Below are positions 7,758 to 19,361 of a DNA stretch of 64,000 nucleotides, in pieces. A program made the translations under genes and the position numbers. Position 1 is the stretch's first letter. Every line of letters starts with the position of its first letter. Under the pieces are notes generated by a model. It did not search any database. It was given only the letters and a program-made list of their open reading frames with translations, and had not been told where the DNA came from. Source of the stretch: Polyangiales bacterium (GTDB lineage: Bacteria > Myxococcota_A > Polyangia > Polyangiales > JADJQN01); assembly GCA_964202905.1 (NCBI GenBank), contig CAXNJO010000002.1, forward strand, positions 288,001 through 352,000, in the 5' to 3' direction.

Positions 7758-9212
7758 ATGACCGAGAAGAATCCCTCCTTCGCCGCCCTCTTCGAGACCG
7801 GAGCCGCCAACGTTCCACCGCGTAGCAAGGTGCGCGTCGGCGACAAGATCGAGGCCACCGTCGTGCAGGTGGGCAAGGAGTCCGTGTTCGTCGAGCTGCC
7901 CGGGCGACGCCAGGGATTCTTCGACTCGGCCGAGCTCCACGACGCCGACGGCAAGCTCTCCGTGAAGGAGGGCGACCGCGTCCAGGGCCACGTCGTCGAG
8001 GTCTCGGCGGACGGCGAGATCCGGCTCGGGCGCACGCTCGGCAAGCCTGGCAATCTCGCGGGGATCGAGCAGGCGCGCGAGTCGGGCATCGCGGTCGAGG
8101 GCAAGGTCACCGGCCTGAACAAGGGCGGCCTCGAGGTCGACGTCGACGGCCTGCGGGCGTTCTGCCCCATCTCGCAGGTCGAGCTGCGCTTCGTGCAGGA
8201 CCCGTCCGTGTACCTCGGCAAGTCGCTGCGATTCCGCGTCACCGACGTCCGTGACGGCGGCAAGAGCGTCGTGCTCTCACGGCGCGCGCTGCTCGAGGAG
8301 GAGTCGCGCGAGGCGCAGGCGAAGACGCTCGCCACGCTCGCGATCGGGCAGTCGGTGCGCGGCTCGGTGACGAGCGTCCGCGAGTTCGGCGCGTTCGTCG
8401 ACCTCGGCGGCGTCGAGGGGCTCGTGCCGATGAGCGAGCTCTCGCACGACCGCGTCAAGAGCGCGGGGGACGTGGTGAGCCCGGGCGACGTCGTCGACGT
8501 GCAGGTGCGCGACATCAAGCCCGTGACGCCGCAGCGGCCGGGGGACGCGACCGTGAAGATCACGCTCTCGCTGAAGGCGCTCGCCGCCGACCCGTGGGAG
8601 CAGCTCGACGCCGTCGCGCGCGAGGGCATGGTCGCCGAGGGCCTGGTCACGCGCGTCGTCGAGTTCGGCGCCTTCGTGCGGCTCGGGCCGGGCATCGAGG
8701 GGCTGCTCCACGTCTCGGAGCTCGGCGGCAAGGTGCAGCACGCCGCGGACGCGCTGCAGCCCGGGCAGACCGTGCACGTCGTCGTGCAGCGCATCGACCG
8801 CGCCGCCCACAAGATCTCGCTCGCCCCCGCGCCCGAGGGGCTCGGCGCAGGCGCGACGGTGACGAGCCGGCGCGTCGTGGTCGGCTCGGTCGTCACGGGC
8901 AAGGTGGACCACGTCGAGACCTTCGGCGTGTTCATCCAACTCGAGGGCACGAAGGGGCGCGCGGGCCGCGGCCTCATCCCCAACGCCGAGCTCGCGACGA
9001 CGCGCGGAAGCGACACCCGCAAGCAGTTCCCGGAGGGCGCCGTGGTCACGGCGAAGGTCCTCGAGACGGGCGACGGGCGCCTGCGCCTCTCGATCAAGGC
9101 GCTCAAGGAGGACGAGGAGCGCGCGGTGTACGACGGCTACCGCGAGTCCGCGGCCGCGCCCGCACGCCTCGGCACCTTCGGCGACCTGCTCGCGAAGGCC
9201 AAGAAGAAGTAA
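7758..9212 (+). CDS. S1 RNA-binding domain protein (30S ribosomal protein S1-like, five S1 repeats)
   Basis: GLNKGGLEVDVDGLRAFCPISQ, EFGAFVDLGGVEGLVPMSELS, FGAFVRLGPGIEGLLHVSEL, C-terminal GTFGDLL. Confidence 0.9.
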   Translation: MTEKNPSFAALFETGAANVPPRSKVRVGDKIEATVVQVGKESVFVELPGRRQGFFDSAELHDADGKLSVKEGDRVQGHVVEVSADGEIRLGRTLGKPGNLAGIEQARESGIAVEGKVTGLNKGGLEVDVDGLRAFCPISQVELRFVQDPSVYLGKSLRFRVTDVRDGGKSVVLSRRALLEEESREAQAKTLATLAIGQSVRGSVTSVREFGAFVDLGGVEGLVPMSELSHDRVKSAGDVVSPGDVVDVQVRDIKPVTPQRPGDATVKITLSLKALAADPWEQLDAVAREGMVAEGLVTRVVEFGAFVRLGPGIEGLLHVSELGGKVQHAADALQPGQTVHVVVQRIDRAAHKISLAPAPEGLGAGATVTSRRVVVGSVVTGKVDHVETFGVFIQLEGTKGRAGRGLIPNAELATTRGSDTRKQFPEGAVVTAKVLETGDGRLRLSIKALKEDEERAVYDGYRESAAAPARLGTFGDLLAKAKKK

Positions 9213-9276
9213 CGCGCGCGCGGGCCCCGGCCGTGGTGAACCACCCTTCAGCGCGGGGGCCCGGGGCGTGGCGTCG

Positions 9277-9759
9277 ATGAACGACCATTCAGTGTGTCCA
9301 TGCGGGAGCGGCGCGCCGTACGCGGCGTGCTGCGGTCCCGTGCACGAGGGGCGCGCCGAGCCGGTCAGCGCCGAGTGGCTCATGCGCTCGCGCTTCGCGG
9401 CGTTCGCGCGGGGCGAGGTCGCTTGGCTCTGGGCGTCCCTCCATCCCGATCACGACGATCGCGCGGAATCGCGCGACGACGTGCTCACCCACCTGCGCGA
9501 GGGGCTCGCGCGCGGCGTGCGCTACGAGGCGCTCACCATCCTCGACACGCGCGCCCCGGACGCCGAGGGCGTCGCGCGGGTGCTCTTCCACGCCCGGATC
9601 CAGGGCGGCGGACGCGACCTCTCCTTTGTGGAGCTCTCGAGTTTCGTGCACGACGGCGAGGGCTGGCGCTACCTCTTCGGGGTGCCCGTCCCGCGCGCGC
9701 GGCTGCGGGGTGACCCGCGCCGGCTGACGATCGGCGACGTCGAGCGCGGCAGCGGATGA
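9277..9759 (+). CDS. ychJ: YchJ family SEC-C motif metal-binding protein
   Basis: CPCGSGAPYAACC, AEWLMRSRFAAF, ELSSFV...WRY. Confidence 0.88.
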   Translation: MNDHSVCPCGSGAPYAACCGPVHEGRAEPVSAEWLMRSRFAAFARGEVAWLWASLHPDHDDRAESRDDVLTHLREGLARGVRYEALTILDTRAPDAEGVARVLFHARIQGGGRDLSFVELSSFVHDGEGWRYLFGVPVPRARLRGDPRRLTIGDVERGSG

Positions 9760-11036
9760 CGAATCCCGACCGACCCGCGTATAGTGCCGGCGGTTTGACG
9801 GGCTTCGAAGCAGACGATCCGACCGAGGTCATCGAGTCGTTCGCGCCCGGCGCGTTCTTCGCGGAGACCTATCGCATCGACGCGATACTCGGCGGCGGCG
9901 CCTCGTCGCAGGTGTACGCGGCGACGAACATCCACGAGGAGTCACACGTCGCGCTCAAGGTGCTGCGGCGCGAGCGGCACACGACGCGCGCCGACGCGGA
10001 CGAGCAGCACGCCCGCTTCGCGCGGGAGGGCGAGATCCTCCGCGCGCTCGTGCACCCCTCGATCGTGCGGATCTTCGACCTCGGGACCGCCCCGAACGGC
10101 ACGCCGTTCATCGCGATGGAGGCGCTCGATGGCGAGACGCTCGCGCGCCGCTTGGCCCGCGAGAAGGCGCTCCCGATCGAGCAGGTCCTGCGCCTTGTGG
10201 CGTTCGCCGCGGACGCGATCGATCACGCACACGCGCTCGGGATTGTGCACCGCGACATCAAGCCGGAGAACCTCTTCCTGCCGCGGGCCGGCGCGGTGCC
10301 CGTGAAGGTCCTCGACTTCGGGCTCTCACGCGTGCTCGACCCGGAGCAGCGGCTCACCGCCACGGGAACCACGATCGGCACGCCGCGCTACATGCCCGCC
10401 GAGCAGATCCTCTCGGCCCGCGACGCCGGCCCCGCCGTCGACGTCTACGCGCTCGCGGTCTGCGCGTACGAGGCGCTCGCCGGCACCTCGCCCTTCGAGG
10501 CGGCCGATCAGGCGCAGCTCCTCGGCGCCATCCTTCACGGCCGCCGCACATCGCTGCGCACGCGCCGCCCGGAGCTCCCGGCGGCCGTCGACGCCGTGCT
10601 CGACAAGGCGATGAGCACGCGCGCCGCCGCGCGGCACACGAGCGCCGTGGAGTTCGCGGCCGCGCTCTACCGCGCCGCCCAGCGCCAGCCGGACGCGGAT
10701 GCGCCCGCCGCGGTCGCGCACGCCGCGCTCGACACACCGGCCGTCGCGTCGGCCCCGGAGATCCCCGCGCTCGATCCCGATCGCCCCGACCCGGTCGCCG
10801 TCGCGCGGGCGGAGGTCAGCGCCCGTCTCGAGAGCGGACTCCACCACGTGCGTCAGCACGGTGTCGACGGCGGACAGCCCCGCTTCGCCGGCCGCGGCAC
10901 GCCCACGCCGCCCGCCCCGTCCAGGCGTCCGCCCGCGGCGCAACGCACGACGCCGCTGCAGTGGGCCATGCTCGGCGTCGGCGCGGTCGCGATGCTCGGC
11001 CTCGGCGTGCTCGGCGCCTGGCTCCTCTTCGGCTGA
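9756..11036 (+). CDS. Ser/Thr protein kinase with C-terminal membrane anchor
   Basis: VALKVL, HRDIKPENLF, VKVLDFGLS, GTPRYM; hydrophobic C-terminus; ATGA overlap with ychJ. Confidence 0.92.
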   Translation: MTNPDRPAYSAGGLTGFEADDPTEVIESFAPGAFFAETYRIDAILGGGASSQVYAATNIHEESHVALKVLRRERHTTRADADEQHARFAREGEILRALVHPSIVRIFDLGTAPNGTPFIAMEALDGETLARRLAREKALPIEQVLRLVAFAADAIDHAHALGIVHRDIKPENLFLPRAGAVPVKVLDFGLSRVLDPEQRLTATGTTIGTPRYMPAEQILSARDAGPAVDVYALAVCAYEALAGTSPFEAADQAQLLGAILHGRRTSLRTRRPELPAAVDAVLDKAMSTRAAARHTSAVEFAAALYRAAQRQPDADAPAAVAHAALDTPAVASAPEIPALDPDRPDPVAVARAEVSARLESGLHHVRQHGVDGGQPRFAGRGTPTPPAPSRRPPAAQRTTPLQWAMLGVGAVAMLGLGVLGAWLLFG

Positions 11037-11042
11037 GCCCGT

Positions 11043-12758
11043 TCAGTCTGCGGCGAGCGGCCGGTCGTCCGCGAGCGCAGCGCTCTCGGCGAGCGCATCC
11101 CCGTCGTGCACGAGGTCGAGCTCGGCGCGCGCGAAGCGAACCGCCGCGGCCGTCGCGCGCGCGTCGCGCTCGTGGACGAGCGACCACTGCGCCTGCTCGA
11201 CGAGGAGCGCGGCCTCGAGCGCGCGACCGAGCGTCAGCGCGAGCCGACGTGCGCCCCCCTCGACCTCCGTCGCGGCGCCACGCCCGAAACGCTCACTGAG
11301 CCACGCCGCGGCGTGCGCCACCGCGCGCTCCGCTTGCGCCGCGACGGCGACGAGCCGCACATCACGCGCCGCGCGCCCCGCGCGCCGGACCTCCTCGAGC
11401 ACGCTCTCGAGCCCACCATCACGCCCGAGGGCACGCAGCGTGTCGAGCGAGAGCACGTTCGTCGTGCCCTCCCAGATCGAGAGCACCTGCGCGTCGCGCA
11501 GCAACACCGGCAGCCCGGTGTCCTCGACGTAGCCCGCGCCGCCGAAGGCCTCGAGCGCCTCGCTCGCGACCGCGACGGCCTGCTTGCCCGTGACGAGCTT
11601 CACGATGGGCGTCAGCACGCGCAGCAGCCGCGCGTCGTGCGCTTCGAGCGTGCCCGCCTCCTCCTGCCCGAGCAGCGCGGCGACGCGGAACACGAGCTGC
11701 GTCGCGGCCTCGTGTTCCGCGGCGATCCCCGCGAGCGTGTCGAGGTGCAGCGGCTTCTCCGAGAGCGGCGCGCCGAACGCGATCCGCTTGCGCGCATAGT
11801 CGCGTGCGAGCGCGATCGCACGGCGCATCCCGGCGACGGCGCACACGGCGTTCCACGTGCGCGTGACGCCGAGCATCGGCGCGATGTGCCGCGTGCCGTG
11901 CGCGCTCACGCCGGGCACGACGAGCCGCGCAGGCGTGCCGTCGAGCGTCAGCTCCGCCGTCGGCACCTTGCGCGTGCCGAGCTTGTCCTTGAGCCGATGC
12001 ACGAGGAGGCGATCCGGCCGCCCCGCGGCGTCGTGCGTCTCGACGTAGAAGAGCGCGAGCCCAGCACCGCCCGGGCCGTTGCCGACAGGCCGCGCGAGGG
12101 TGATCGCCATCTGAGACGCGATGGCAGACGTAAACCATTTGCGTCCGTGAAGGCGATACGTGCCGTCCGGCTGCGGCTCGGCGACCGTCTCCGAGCGGCC
12201 GACGTCGGAGCCGCCCGTCGACTCCGTCATCCACTGCCCGCTCGTCCAGAACTGCTCGGGATCGCGGCTCGTCAGGTGTGGCAGCGCCCGGGCGATCAAG
12301 GCCTCGTCGCCGCCCGCGAGCAGCGTGCGCGCGGCGCCGTCCGTCATCGCGAGCGGGCACGAGTAGACATCCGTCGAGGGCGCGAACAGGTACACGAGCG
12401 CGAACTGGTGCACGCGCGAGAGCGCGCCGTGTCGCCGCTCGTACGCGGTCGCGACGAGCCCGTGCGTCGCCGCGAGCCGCTCGGCCTCCTGCCAGAGCGG
12501 CGAGACGTCGATGCGGTCGATGCGCTCGCCCCAGGGCGCGAAGTTCGTGAGGCGCGGCTCGTTCAGCCGGTCCTCGAGTTGGCGGCGGTGGAGCGCGCCG
12601 CCCGCGAGCGCGCCGAGCTCGCGCAGGGCGGGCTCGATCTCGCCGAGCACCTGCGGACCGAGCACGCGCGCGAGGTGCGAGCGCAGCACGCGATCGTCGT
12701 CGTATTGGTTGCCGAGCTCGGGCGCGGGCTGGTTGAAGGGGATCACGACGGGCGGCAT
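11043..12758 (-). CDS. Acyl-CoA dehydrogenase family protein (AidB/ACD-11-like)
   Basis: CPLAMTDGA, GQWMTESTGGSDV, KWFTS, RLKDKLGTRKVPTAEL, EAFGGAGYVED, IWEGTTNVL. Confidence 0.92.
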   Translation of the reverse strand: MPPVVIPFNQPAPELGNQYDDDRVLRSHLARVLGPQVLGEIEPALRELGALAGGALHRRQLEDRLNEPRLTNFAPWGERIDRIDVSPLWQEAERLAATHGLVATAYERRHGALSRVHQFALVYLFAPSTDVYSCPLAMTDGAARTLLAGGDEALIARALPHLTSRDPEQFWTSGQWMTESTGGSDVGRSETVAEPQPDGTYRLHGRKWFTSAIASQMAITLARPVGNGPGGAGLALFYVETHDAAGRPDRLLVHRLKDKLGTRKVPTAELTLDGTPARLVVPGVSAHGTRHIAPMLGVTRTWNAVCAVAGMRRAIALARDYARKRIAFGAPLSEKPLHLDTLAGIAAEHEAATQLVFRVAALLGQEEAGTLEAHDARLLRVLTPIVKLVTGKQAVAVASEALEAFGGAGYVEDTGLPVLLRDAQVLSIWEGTTNVLSLDTLRALGRDGGLESVLEEVRRAGRAARDVRLVAVAAQAERAVAHAAAWLSERFGRGAATEVEGGARRLALTLGRALEAALLVEQAQWSLVHERDARATAAAVRFARAELDLVHDGDALAESAALADDRPLAAD

Positions 12759-12854
12759 GGCTCGGGCGGTTCTACCAGACGCGCCGCCGCGGGGCGCGCG
12801 GAGCGTGGGCTGCGCTCTTGACTCGTCGCGTCATCGGTGTACCCCTCGCGCCCC

Positions 12855-14060
12855 ATGGCCGAGAAAATCCTGCTGCTCGAGAGCATCCACACGGTCGCGC
12901 GCGACCAGCTCGTCGCCGACGGTTACGACGTGGAACTGCTCAACACGTCCCTCAAGGAGGACGAGCTCATCGCGCGGCTCGCCGGCGTGCAGGTGCTCGG
13001 CATCCGCAGCAAGACGCAGGTCACGCCGCGCGTGCTCGACGGCGCGAAGGACCTCGTCGCCGTGGGGGCCTTCTGCATCGGGACGAATCAGATCGCGCTC
13101 GAGCACGCGATGCGCCGCGGCGTGTGCGTGTTCAACGCGCCCTTCTCCAACACCCGCAGCGTCGCGGAGTTGGTGCTCGCCGAGATCGTCGTGCTCGCGC
13201 GGCACCTCGGGGACCGCAACGGCGAGATGCACCGCGGGCAGTGGCGCAAGGTCGCGACGGGCTCGCACGAGGTGCGCGGCAAGACCCTCGGCGTCGTCGG
13301 CTACGGGCACATCGGCCGGCAGATCGGCGTCATCGCGGAGTTCTTCGGGATGCGCGTCGTCTTCCACGACGTCGCGCAGCGGCTCCCGATGGGCAACAAC
13401 CAGCCCTCGACCTCGCTCGACGGGCTGCTCGCGCAGGCCGACTTCGTCACGCTCCACGTCCCCGAGACGCCGCAGACGAAGAACCTCATGGGCAAGGCGG
13501 AGCTCGCGAAGATGAAGCGCGGCGCGTGCCTGTTGAACCTCTCGCGCGGCACGGTCGTCGACCTCGACGCCCTCGCGGACGCCCTGCGCGCGGGGCACCT
13601 GGCGGGCGCCGCCGTCGATGTCTACCCCGAGGAGCCCGAGGCGAACTCGAGCGACGGCTTCCGCACGCCGATCCAGGGCCTGCCGAACGTCGTGCTCACG
13701 CCGCACATCGGCGGCTCGACGCTCGAGGCGCAGGAGTCGATCGGCCGCGAGGTTGCGACCTCCCTCACGAAGTACCTGACGAGCGGCGCGACCGCTGGCT
13801 CGGTCAACTTCCCCCACGTCGAACTCCCGCGCACCGCCGGCACGCACCGCGTCATCAACGTGCACCAGAACGTACCCGGCGTGCTCCGCGACGTGAACAA
13901 GATCGTCAGCGACCACGACGCGAACATCCTCGCGCAGGTCCTCTCGACGAACGCGGACATCGGCTACCTCGTGATGGACTTCGACGCGCGCGCGCACCAC
14001 GCGATCGCCGACGCGATGCGCCGCCTGCCGACGACCATCCTCGCGCGCGCCGTCGACTGA
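12855..14060 (+). CDS. serA: D-3-phosphoglycerate dehydrogenase (E. coli type with ACT domain)
   Basis: GIRSKTQVT, FCIGTNQI, VFNAPFSNTRSVAELV, GYGHIG, TPHIGGSTLEAQ, HQNVPGVL. Confidence 0.96.
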   Translation: MAEKILLLESIHTVARDQLVADGYDVELLNTSLKEDELIARLAGVQVLGIRSKTQVTPRVLDGAKDLVAVGAFCIGTNQIALEHAMRRGVCVFNAPFSNTRSVAELVLAEIVVLARHLGDRNGEMHRGQWRKVATGSHEVRGKTLGVVGYGHIGRQIGVIAEFFGMRVVFHDVAQRLPMGNNQPSTSLDGLLAQADFVTLHVPETPQTKNLMGKAELAKMKRGACLLNLSRGTVVDLDALADALRAGHLAGAAVDVYPEEPEANSSDGFRTPIQGLPNVVLTPHIGGSTLEAQESIGREVATSLTKYLTSGATAGSVNFPHVELPRTAGTHRVINVHQNVPGVLRDVNKIVSDHDANILAQVLSTNADIGYLVMDFDARAHHAIADAMRRLPTTILARAVD

Positions 14061-14172
14061 GCGCGCGGCAGGTTCTGCCGATTCGCCGCGCGTGGAGGTC
14101 ACCCCAACCGCGCGGCGGATGGGCTGGCCCGAGCGCGGACCGGCGCCCTCGCCTCAGGCCGATGCGGCGCGC

Positions 14173-15577
<1,405 letters not shown>

Positions 15578-15699
15578 GGGGCGCGCGAGCCTAGGATGTG
15601 TGGAGTCCGGGTGCCACGTCGTGCGGGGCGCCGGGCGACACGCGTCGCGGCACCGCGGCGACACCACGCGACGCGGCTGGGGTGACACGACGGAACGAC

Positions 15700-15732
15700 G
15701 AAGCGCCGGAGAGGGTCTCTCTCCGGCGCTTC
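15700..15732 (-). terminator. Intrinsic terminator hairpin after atpE
   Basis: Perfect 14-bp stem GAAGCGCCGGAGAG / CTCTCCGGCGCTTC, 5-nt loop, followed on the minus strand by GTCGTT. Confidence 0.8.
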
Positions 15733-15768
15733 CGATCCCGCTCGCGCGAGCGCGGCGCGGACTGCGGC

Positions 15769-16080
15769 TCAGGTGAGGCCGAGCGCGATCACGAAGGCGT
15801 AGATGACCAGCGACTCGATGAGCGCGAGGCCGAGGATCATCGGGACGAGGAGCTTGCCCGAGGCGCTCGGGTTGCGGGCGATGCCCTCGAGCGCCGCGGC
15901 CGCCGCGCGACCCTGACCGAGCGCGCCGCCGAACGCCGCCACCGAGATGGCGATCGCGGCCGCAATGGCCTTGGCCGCGGCAGCGTCGTACTCGTTCGAC
16001 TGCGCGTCCTGCGCGAACGCCGTCGAGGCGACGAAGAGGGGGGTGAGGACCGACACCAGAGCGAGCATCTTCTTCTTCAT
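15769..16080 (-). CDS. atpE: ATP synthase Fo subunit c
   Basis: [21 protein letters not shown]...[18 protein letters not shown]. Confidence 0.96.
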   Translation of the reverse strand: MKKKMLALVSVLTPLFVASTAFAQDAQSNEYDAAAAKAIAAAIAISVAAFGGALGQGRAAAAALEGIARNPSASGKLLVPMILGLALIESLVIYAFVIALGLT

Positions 16081-16157
16081 CGGGGAGTCTCCTTACGATT
16101 GCGCGCGGACTTGTGTGAGCCGGAGAGAGCGGCCGAGACGGGCGACCTCGCCCGCGA

Positions 16158-16955
16158 TCAGTGCTCCTCGTGAGCGATGGCGAGGGCGATGTAGACGGTC
16201 GAAAGCAGACAGAAGACGAGCGTCTGCACGATGACGACGATCGTGCCGAGCAACATCACCGGCACGGGGACCAGGAAGGGCACGCCCGGGACGAGCCCGA
16301 GGAAGATCGTCACGACCATGTGGTCGGCGGCCATGTTCGCCATGAGGCGGATGGCGAGCGAGATCGGGCGGGCGATGTGGCTGATGAGCTCGATACCGAG
16401 CATCAGCAGCATCAGCGGGAGCGCGTACCACTTCACGATCGGGCCGAGGAAATGCTTGAAGTACGCGAGGCCGTTCTCCTTCACCCCGTACACGTGCGTC
16501 GTGACGAAGATGACGGCGCCGAGCGCGAGCGTGGTGTTCATCTTGCCCGTCGGCGGCGAGAAGCCGGGGACGAGGCCGATGCCGTTCGACAGCAGGATGA
16601 AGAACGCGCAGGTGCCGATGAGCGGAAGGAAGAACTTCGCCGCCTTCGGGCCCATGACATCCGACATGAGACCGTAGATGCCGCCGACCATCACCTCGAG
16701 GGCGGTGCGGACGGTGAGGGTCTCGTCGGGGACGATCGCCTTCGCCGCGTCCTTCACCTTGCCGTAGGCCACGAACGCGAGGCCCGCGAGGATCACGGAC
16801 ACGAGCAGCGACGTGAGGACGTGGTCGAGACCGATCGCCTCGTGGGCGTACCAGCTCTTGCCACCTTGACCGAAGGAGAAGGTCTCGCCGAGGTGCGCGA
16901 GATCGACCCCGAGCTTGCCGAGCAGGAGTGTCAGCCAGGATTCGCCGTGCGGCAT
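16158..16955 (-). CDS. atpB: ATP synthase Fo subunit a
   Basis: SNGIGLVPGFSPPT, IELISHIARPISLAIRLMANM, VQTLVFCLLSTVYI; start ATG 16955. Confidence 0.96.
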   Translation of the reverse strand: MPHGESWLTLLLGKLGVDLAHLGETFSFGQGGKSWYAHEAIGLDHVLTSLLVSVILAGLAFVAYGKVKDAAKAIVPDETLTVRTALEVMVGGIYGLMSDVMGPKAAKFFLPLIGTCAFFILLSNGIGLVPGFSPPTGKMNTTLALGAVIFVTTHVYGVKENGLAYFKHFLGPIVKWYALPLMLLMLGIELISHIARPISLAIRLMANMAADHMVVTIFLGLVPGVPFLVPVPVMLLGTIVVIVQTLVFCLLSTVYIALAIAHEEH

Positions 16956-17422
16956 CAGTGCTCCTTCCGCGCTGAATCGAGGGCCGTGTCGGCGAGCGCG
17001 CCGTCCACGGAGGGACCGCCCGCGAGGGCGAGGCCGTCCGGCCCCAGGGTGAGTGGCTCGGCTTCGTCGGAGCCGAGGCTTTGCAGGGCGCCGACCGAGA
17101 GTCCGACGACGAGCGCGCCGAGGCCGAGACCGAAGCCACCCGCGTGCAGTCCGAACAGGCCGATGACGACCCAGACGATCAGCCCAAGCACGCCGAGCTT
17201 CGTGGCGAGCAGCGTCATCATCGCGGCGCGGGTGCGGGTGCTGCCGCGCGCCACGCGCGTGAGGATCCAGCGCAGGAACTGCCAGTTCCCGAGGGAGACC
17301 GCAGCGCCCGCGAGGGCACCCGTGCCGACACGCAACCCGCCGAACGCATACGACGCGGTCACGGCGATCGCGGCGCTGAACGCGATGGCGGACGTGATTC
17401 GCTCGAGGGCTCGGCGGTCCAT
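16955..17422 (-). CDS. atpI: ATP synthase protein I (AtpI-like, 4 TM)
   Basis: Hydrophobic; GxxxSxxNxxxL and K-L-x-x-L pattern; directly upstream of atpB with 1-nt overlap. Confidence 0.7.
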   Translation of the reverse strand: MDRRALERITSAIAFSAAIAVTASYAFGGLRVGTGALAGAAVSLGNWQFLRWILTRVARGSTRTRAAMMTLLATKLGVLGLIVWVVIGLFGLHAGGFGLGLGALVVGLSVGALQSLGSDEAEPLTLGPDGLALAGGPSVDGALADTALDSARKEH

Positions 17423-17542
17423 GGGGCGGGTCCTGATACCTGGGAGGGTGCGGGCGACCGGGAGGCGGAGGTGATGCGCGAGGGGCAGGCGGTCCGAGGG
17501 AGGGCAGTGGACCGAGGGGGACGCTGCGCGCCGGGGACGCGG

Positions 17543-17776
17543 TTAGAGCTTGTCGAGGTTCGTGCTGCGCGCGATCCGCACGAGGCCGCGAAATCCCGCG
17601 GCGATGCCGAAGAAGAGGCCGATGTACATGAGCCAGGGCTTCGTGCCGAACTGCGCGTCGAGCCAGCGACCGCCGAAGAAGCCGAGGCAGGTGGCGACCA
17701 CCATCTCGATGCCGATGGCCCCGAAGCGGCCGATCAGCTTCATCTGCTCCTTCCCCTCGGGACCGATCAGCGGCAT
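17543..17776 (-). CDS. AtpZ/AtpI (ATPase gene 1) family membrane protein
   Basis: GFFGGRWLDAQFGTKPWLMYIGLFFGIAAGF signature; first gene of the atp cluster. Confidence 0.88.
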   Translation of the reverse strand: MPLIGPEGKEQMKLIGRFGAIGIEMVVATCLGFFGGRWLDAQFGTKPWLMYIGLFFGIAAGFRGLVRIARSTNLDKL

Positions 17777-17946
17777 CGCTCCCTCGGGCACTTCTTCTGC
17801 AGGGCCGGCCTGGGCGGACGGCCATCGCGGCGTGACCGCGACGCGTCTCCCGACCGGAAACGCGGGCCCCGTTTAGCACGCACGGGCGAGGGGGTCAAGG
17901 CCGGGCGCCCCCGCCCATCGCCCCGAAAATCGGGGCGCGGACGCGC

Positions 17947-19248
17947 TCAAGTCGCCGCGGGAGCCGCTGCCGCACGGAAGGCCGCCCGGGCCGCGGCGCG
18001 CGTCTTCTCGAGCGCGGCGTCGTCGTGCGCGAGGGACACGAAGGCCGCCTCGAACTGCGAGGGCGGCCAGTAGACGCCCGCCGCGATGAGCCCTGCGTGG
18101 AAGCGCCCGAACGCCGCGCGGTCGCAGCGGTCGGCGTCGCTCCACGCGCGCACGGGACCGTCGGTGAAGAAGGGCGTGAGCATCGAGCCGACGCGCTGCA
18201 CCACACAGGCGACCGACGCCTCGCGCGCGGCCTCGACGAGGATCGCCTCGACCTCGGCGGAGATGCGCTCGAGGCGCTCGTAGGTGCCGGGCTCGGCGAG
18301 GAGACGCAGCGTCGTGAGGCCCGCGGCGACCGCGAGCGGGTTCCCGCTGAGGGTGCCCGCCTGGTAGACGGGGCCCGAGGGCGCGATGAGCTCCATGATC
18401 TCGCGCCGCCCGCCGTACGCGCCGACGGGCACACCACCGCCGACGATCTTCCCGAGGGTCGTGAGGTCGGGCGTGACGCCGTAGAGCGACTGCGCGCCAC
18501 CGCGGGCGAGCCGGAAGCCCGTCATCACCTCGTCGAAGACGAGCAGCGCGCCGTGCGCGCGCGTCAGGTCACGCAGGCCCTCGAGGTAGCCGGGCTCGGG
18601 CGGCACGAGGCCCATGTTGCCGACGACGGGCTCGAGGATGAGCGCGGCGATCCGCTCTCCCTGCGCCGCGAAGAGCGCGCGCGCCGCGTCGAGGTCGTTG
18701 TAGGGGAGCGTCGCGGTGGTCGCGGCGACGGAGCCGGGGACGCCCGCGCTGTCCGGCACGCCGAGGGTCGCGAGGCCGCTGCCCGCTTTGACGAGCAGGT
18801 AATCGGCGCCGCCGTGGTAGCAGCCCTCGAACTTCACCACGAGGTCGCGCTTCGTGAAGCCGCGCGCGACGCGCAGCGCGCCCATCACGGCCTCGGTGCC
18901 GCTCGAGGTGAGCCTCACCATCTCGAGAGATGGCACCGCCTCGACGAGCGCCTCGGCCATGTCGACCTCGCCGGGGGATGGCGTGCCGTACGTGGTGCCG
19001 AGCGCCGCGGCCGCGGTGATCGCCGCGACGACCTCGGGGTGCGCGTGGCCGAGGATCATCGGGCCCCACGAGCCGAGGTAGTCGACGTACTCGGTTCCGT
19101 CCGCGCCGACGAGGGTCGCGCCGCGCGCCGCCTTCACGAAGACGGGCTCGCCGCCGACCGCCTTGAACGCACGCACGGGCGAGTTCACGCCGCCGGGGAT
19201 GCGCGCCTGCGCGCGCGCGAACAGTGCTTTCGACACGGGGTCCGACAT
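17947..19248 (-). CDS. hemL: Glutamate-1-semialdehyde 2,1-aminomutase
   Basis: IPGGVNSPVRAF, GSWGPMILGH, SGTEA, FDEVMTGFR, GKIVGGG, YQAGTLSGNP, PSQFEA. Confidence 0.97.
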   Translation of the reverse strand: MSDPVSKALFARAQARIPGGVNSPVRAFKAVGGEPVFVKAARGATLVGADGTEYVDYLGSWGPMILGHAHPEVVAAITAAAALGTTYGTPSPGEVDMAEALVEAVPSLEMVRLTSSGTEAVMGALRVARGFTKRDLVVKFEGCYHGGADYLLVKAGSGLATLGVPDSAGVPGSVAATTATLPYNDLDAARALFAAQGERIAALILEPVVGNMGLVPPEPGYLEGLRDLTRAHGALLVFDEVMTGFRLARGGAQSLYGVTPDLTTLGKIVGGGVPVGAYGGRREIMELIAPSGPVYQAGTLSGNPLAVAAGLTTLRLLAEPGTYERLERISAEVEAILVEAAREASVACVVQRVGSMLTPFFTDGPVRAWSDADRCDRAAFGRFHAGLIAAGVYWPPSQFEAAFVSLAHDDAALEKTRAAARAAFRAAAAPAAT

Positions 19249-19361
19249 GCGGGCAACGCTGGCCCCGCGCGGGAGCCCCGGCAAGCGCGATTCCTCGCCT
19301 CCGCGCGGCGCGCGCCCGTCGCCCTGCTCGCGTCACGCCGCATGCGCTAGCTTCGCGCCGC

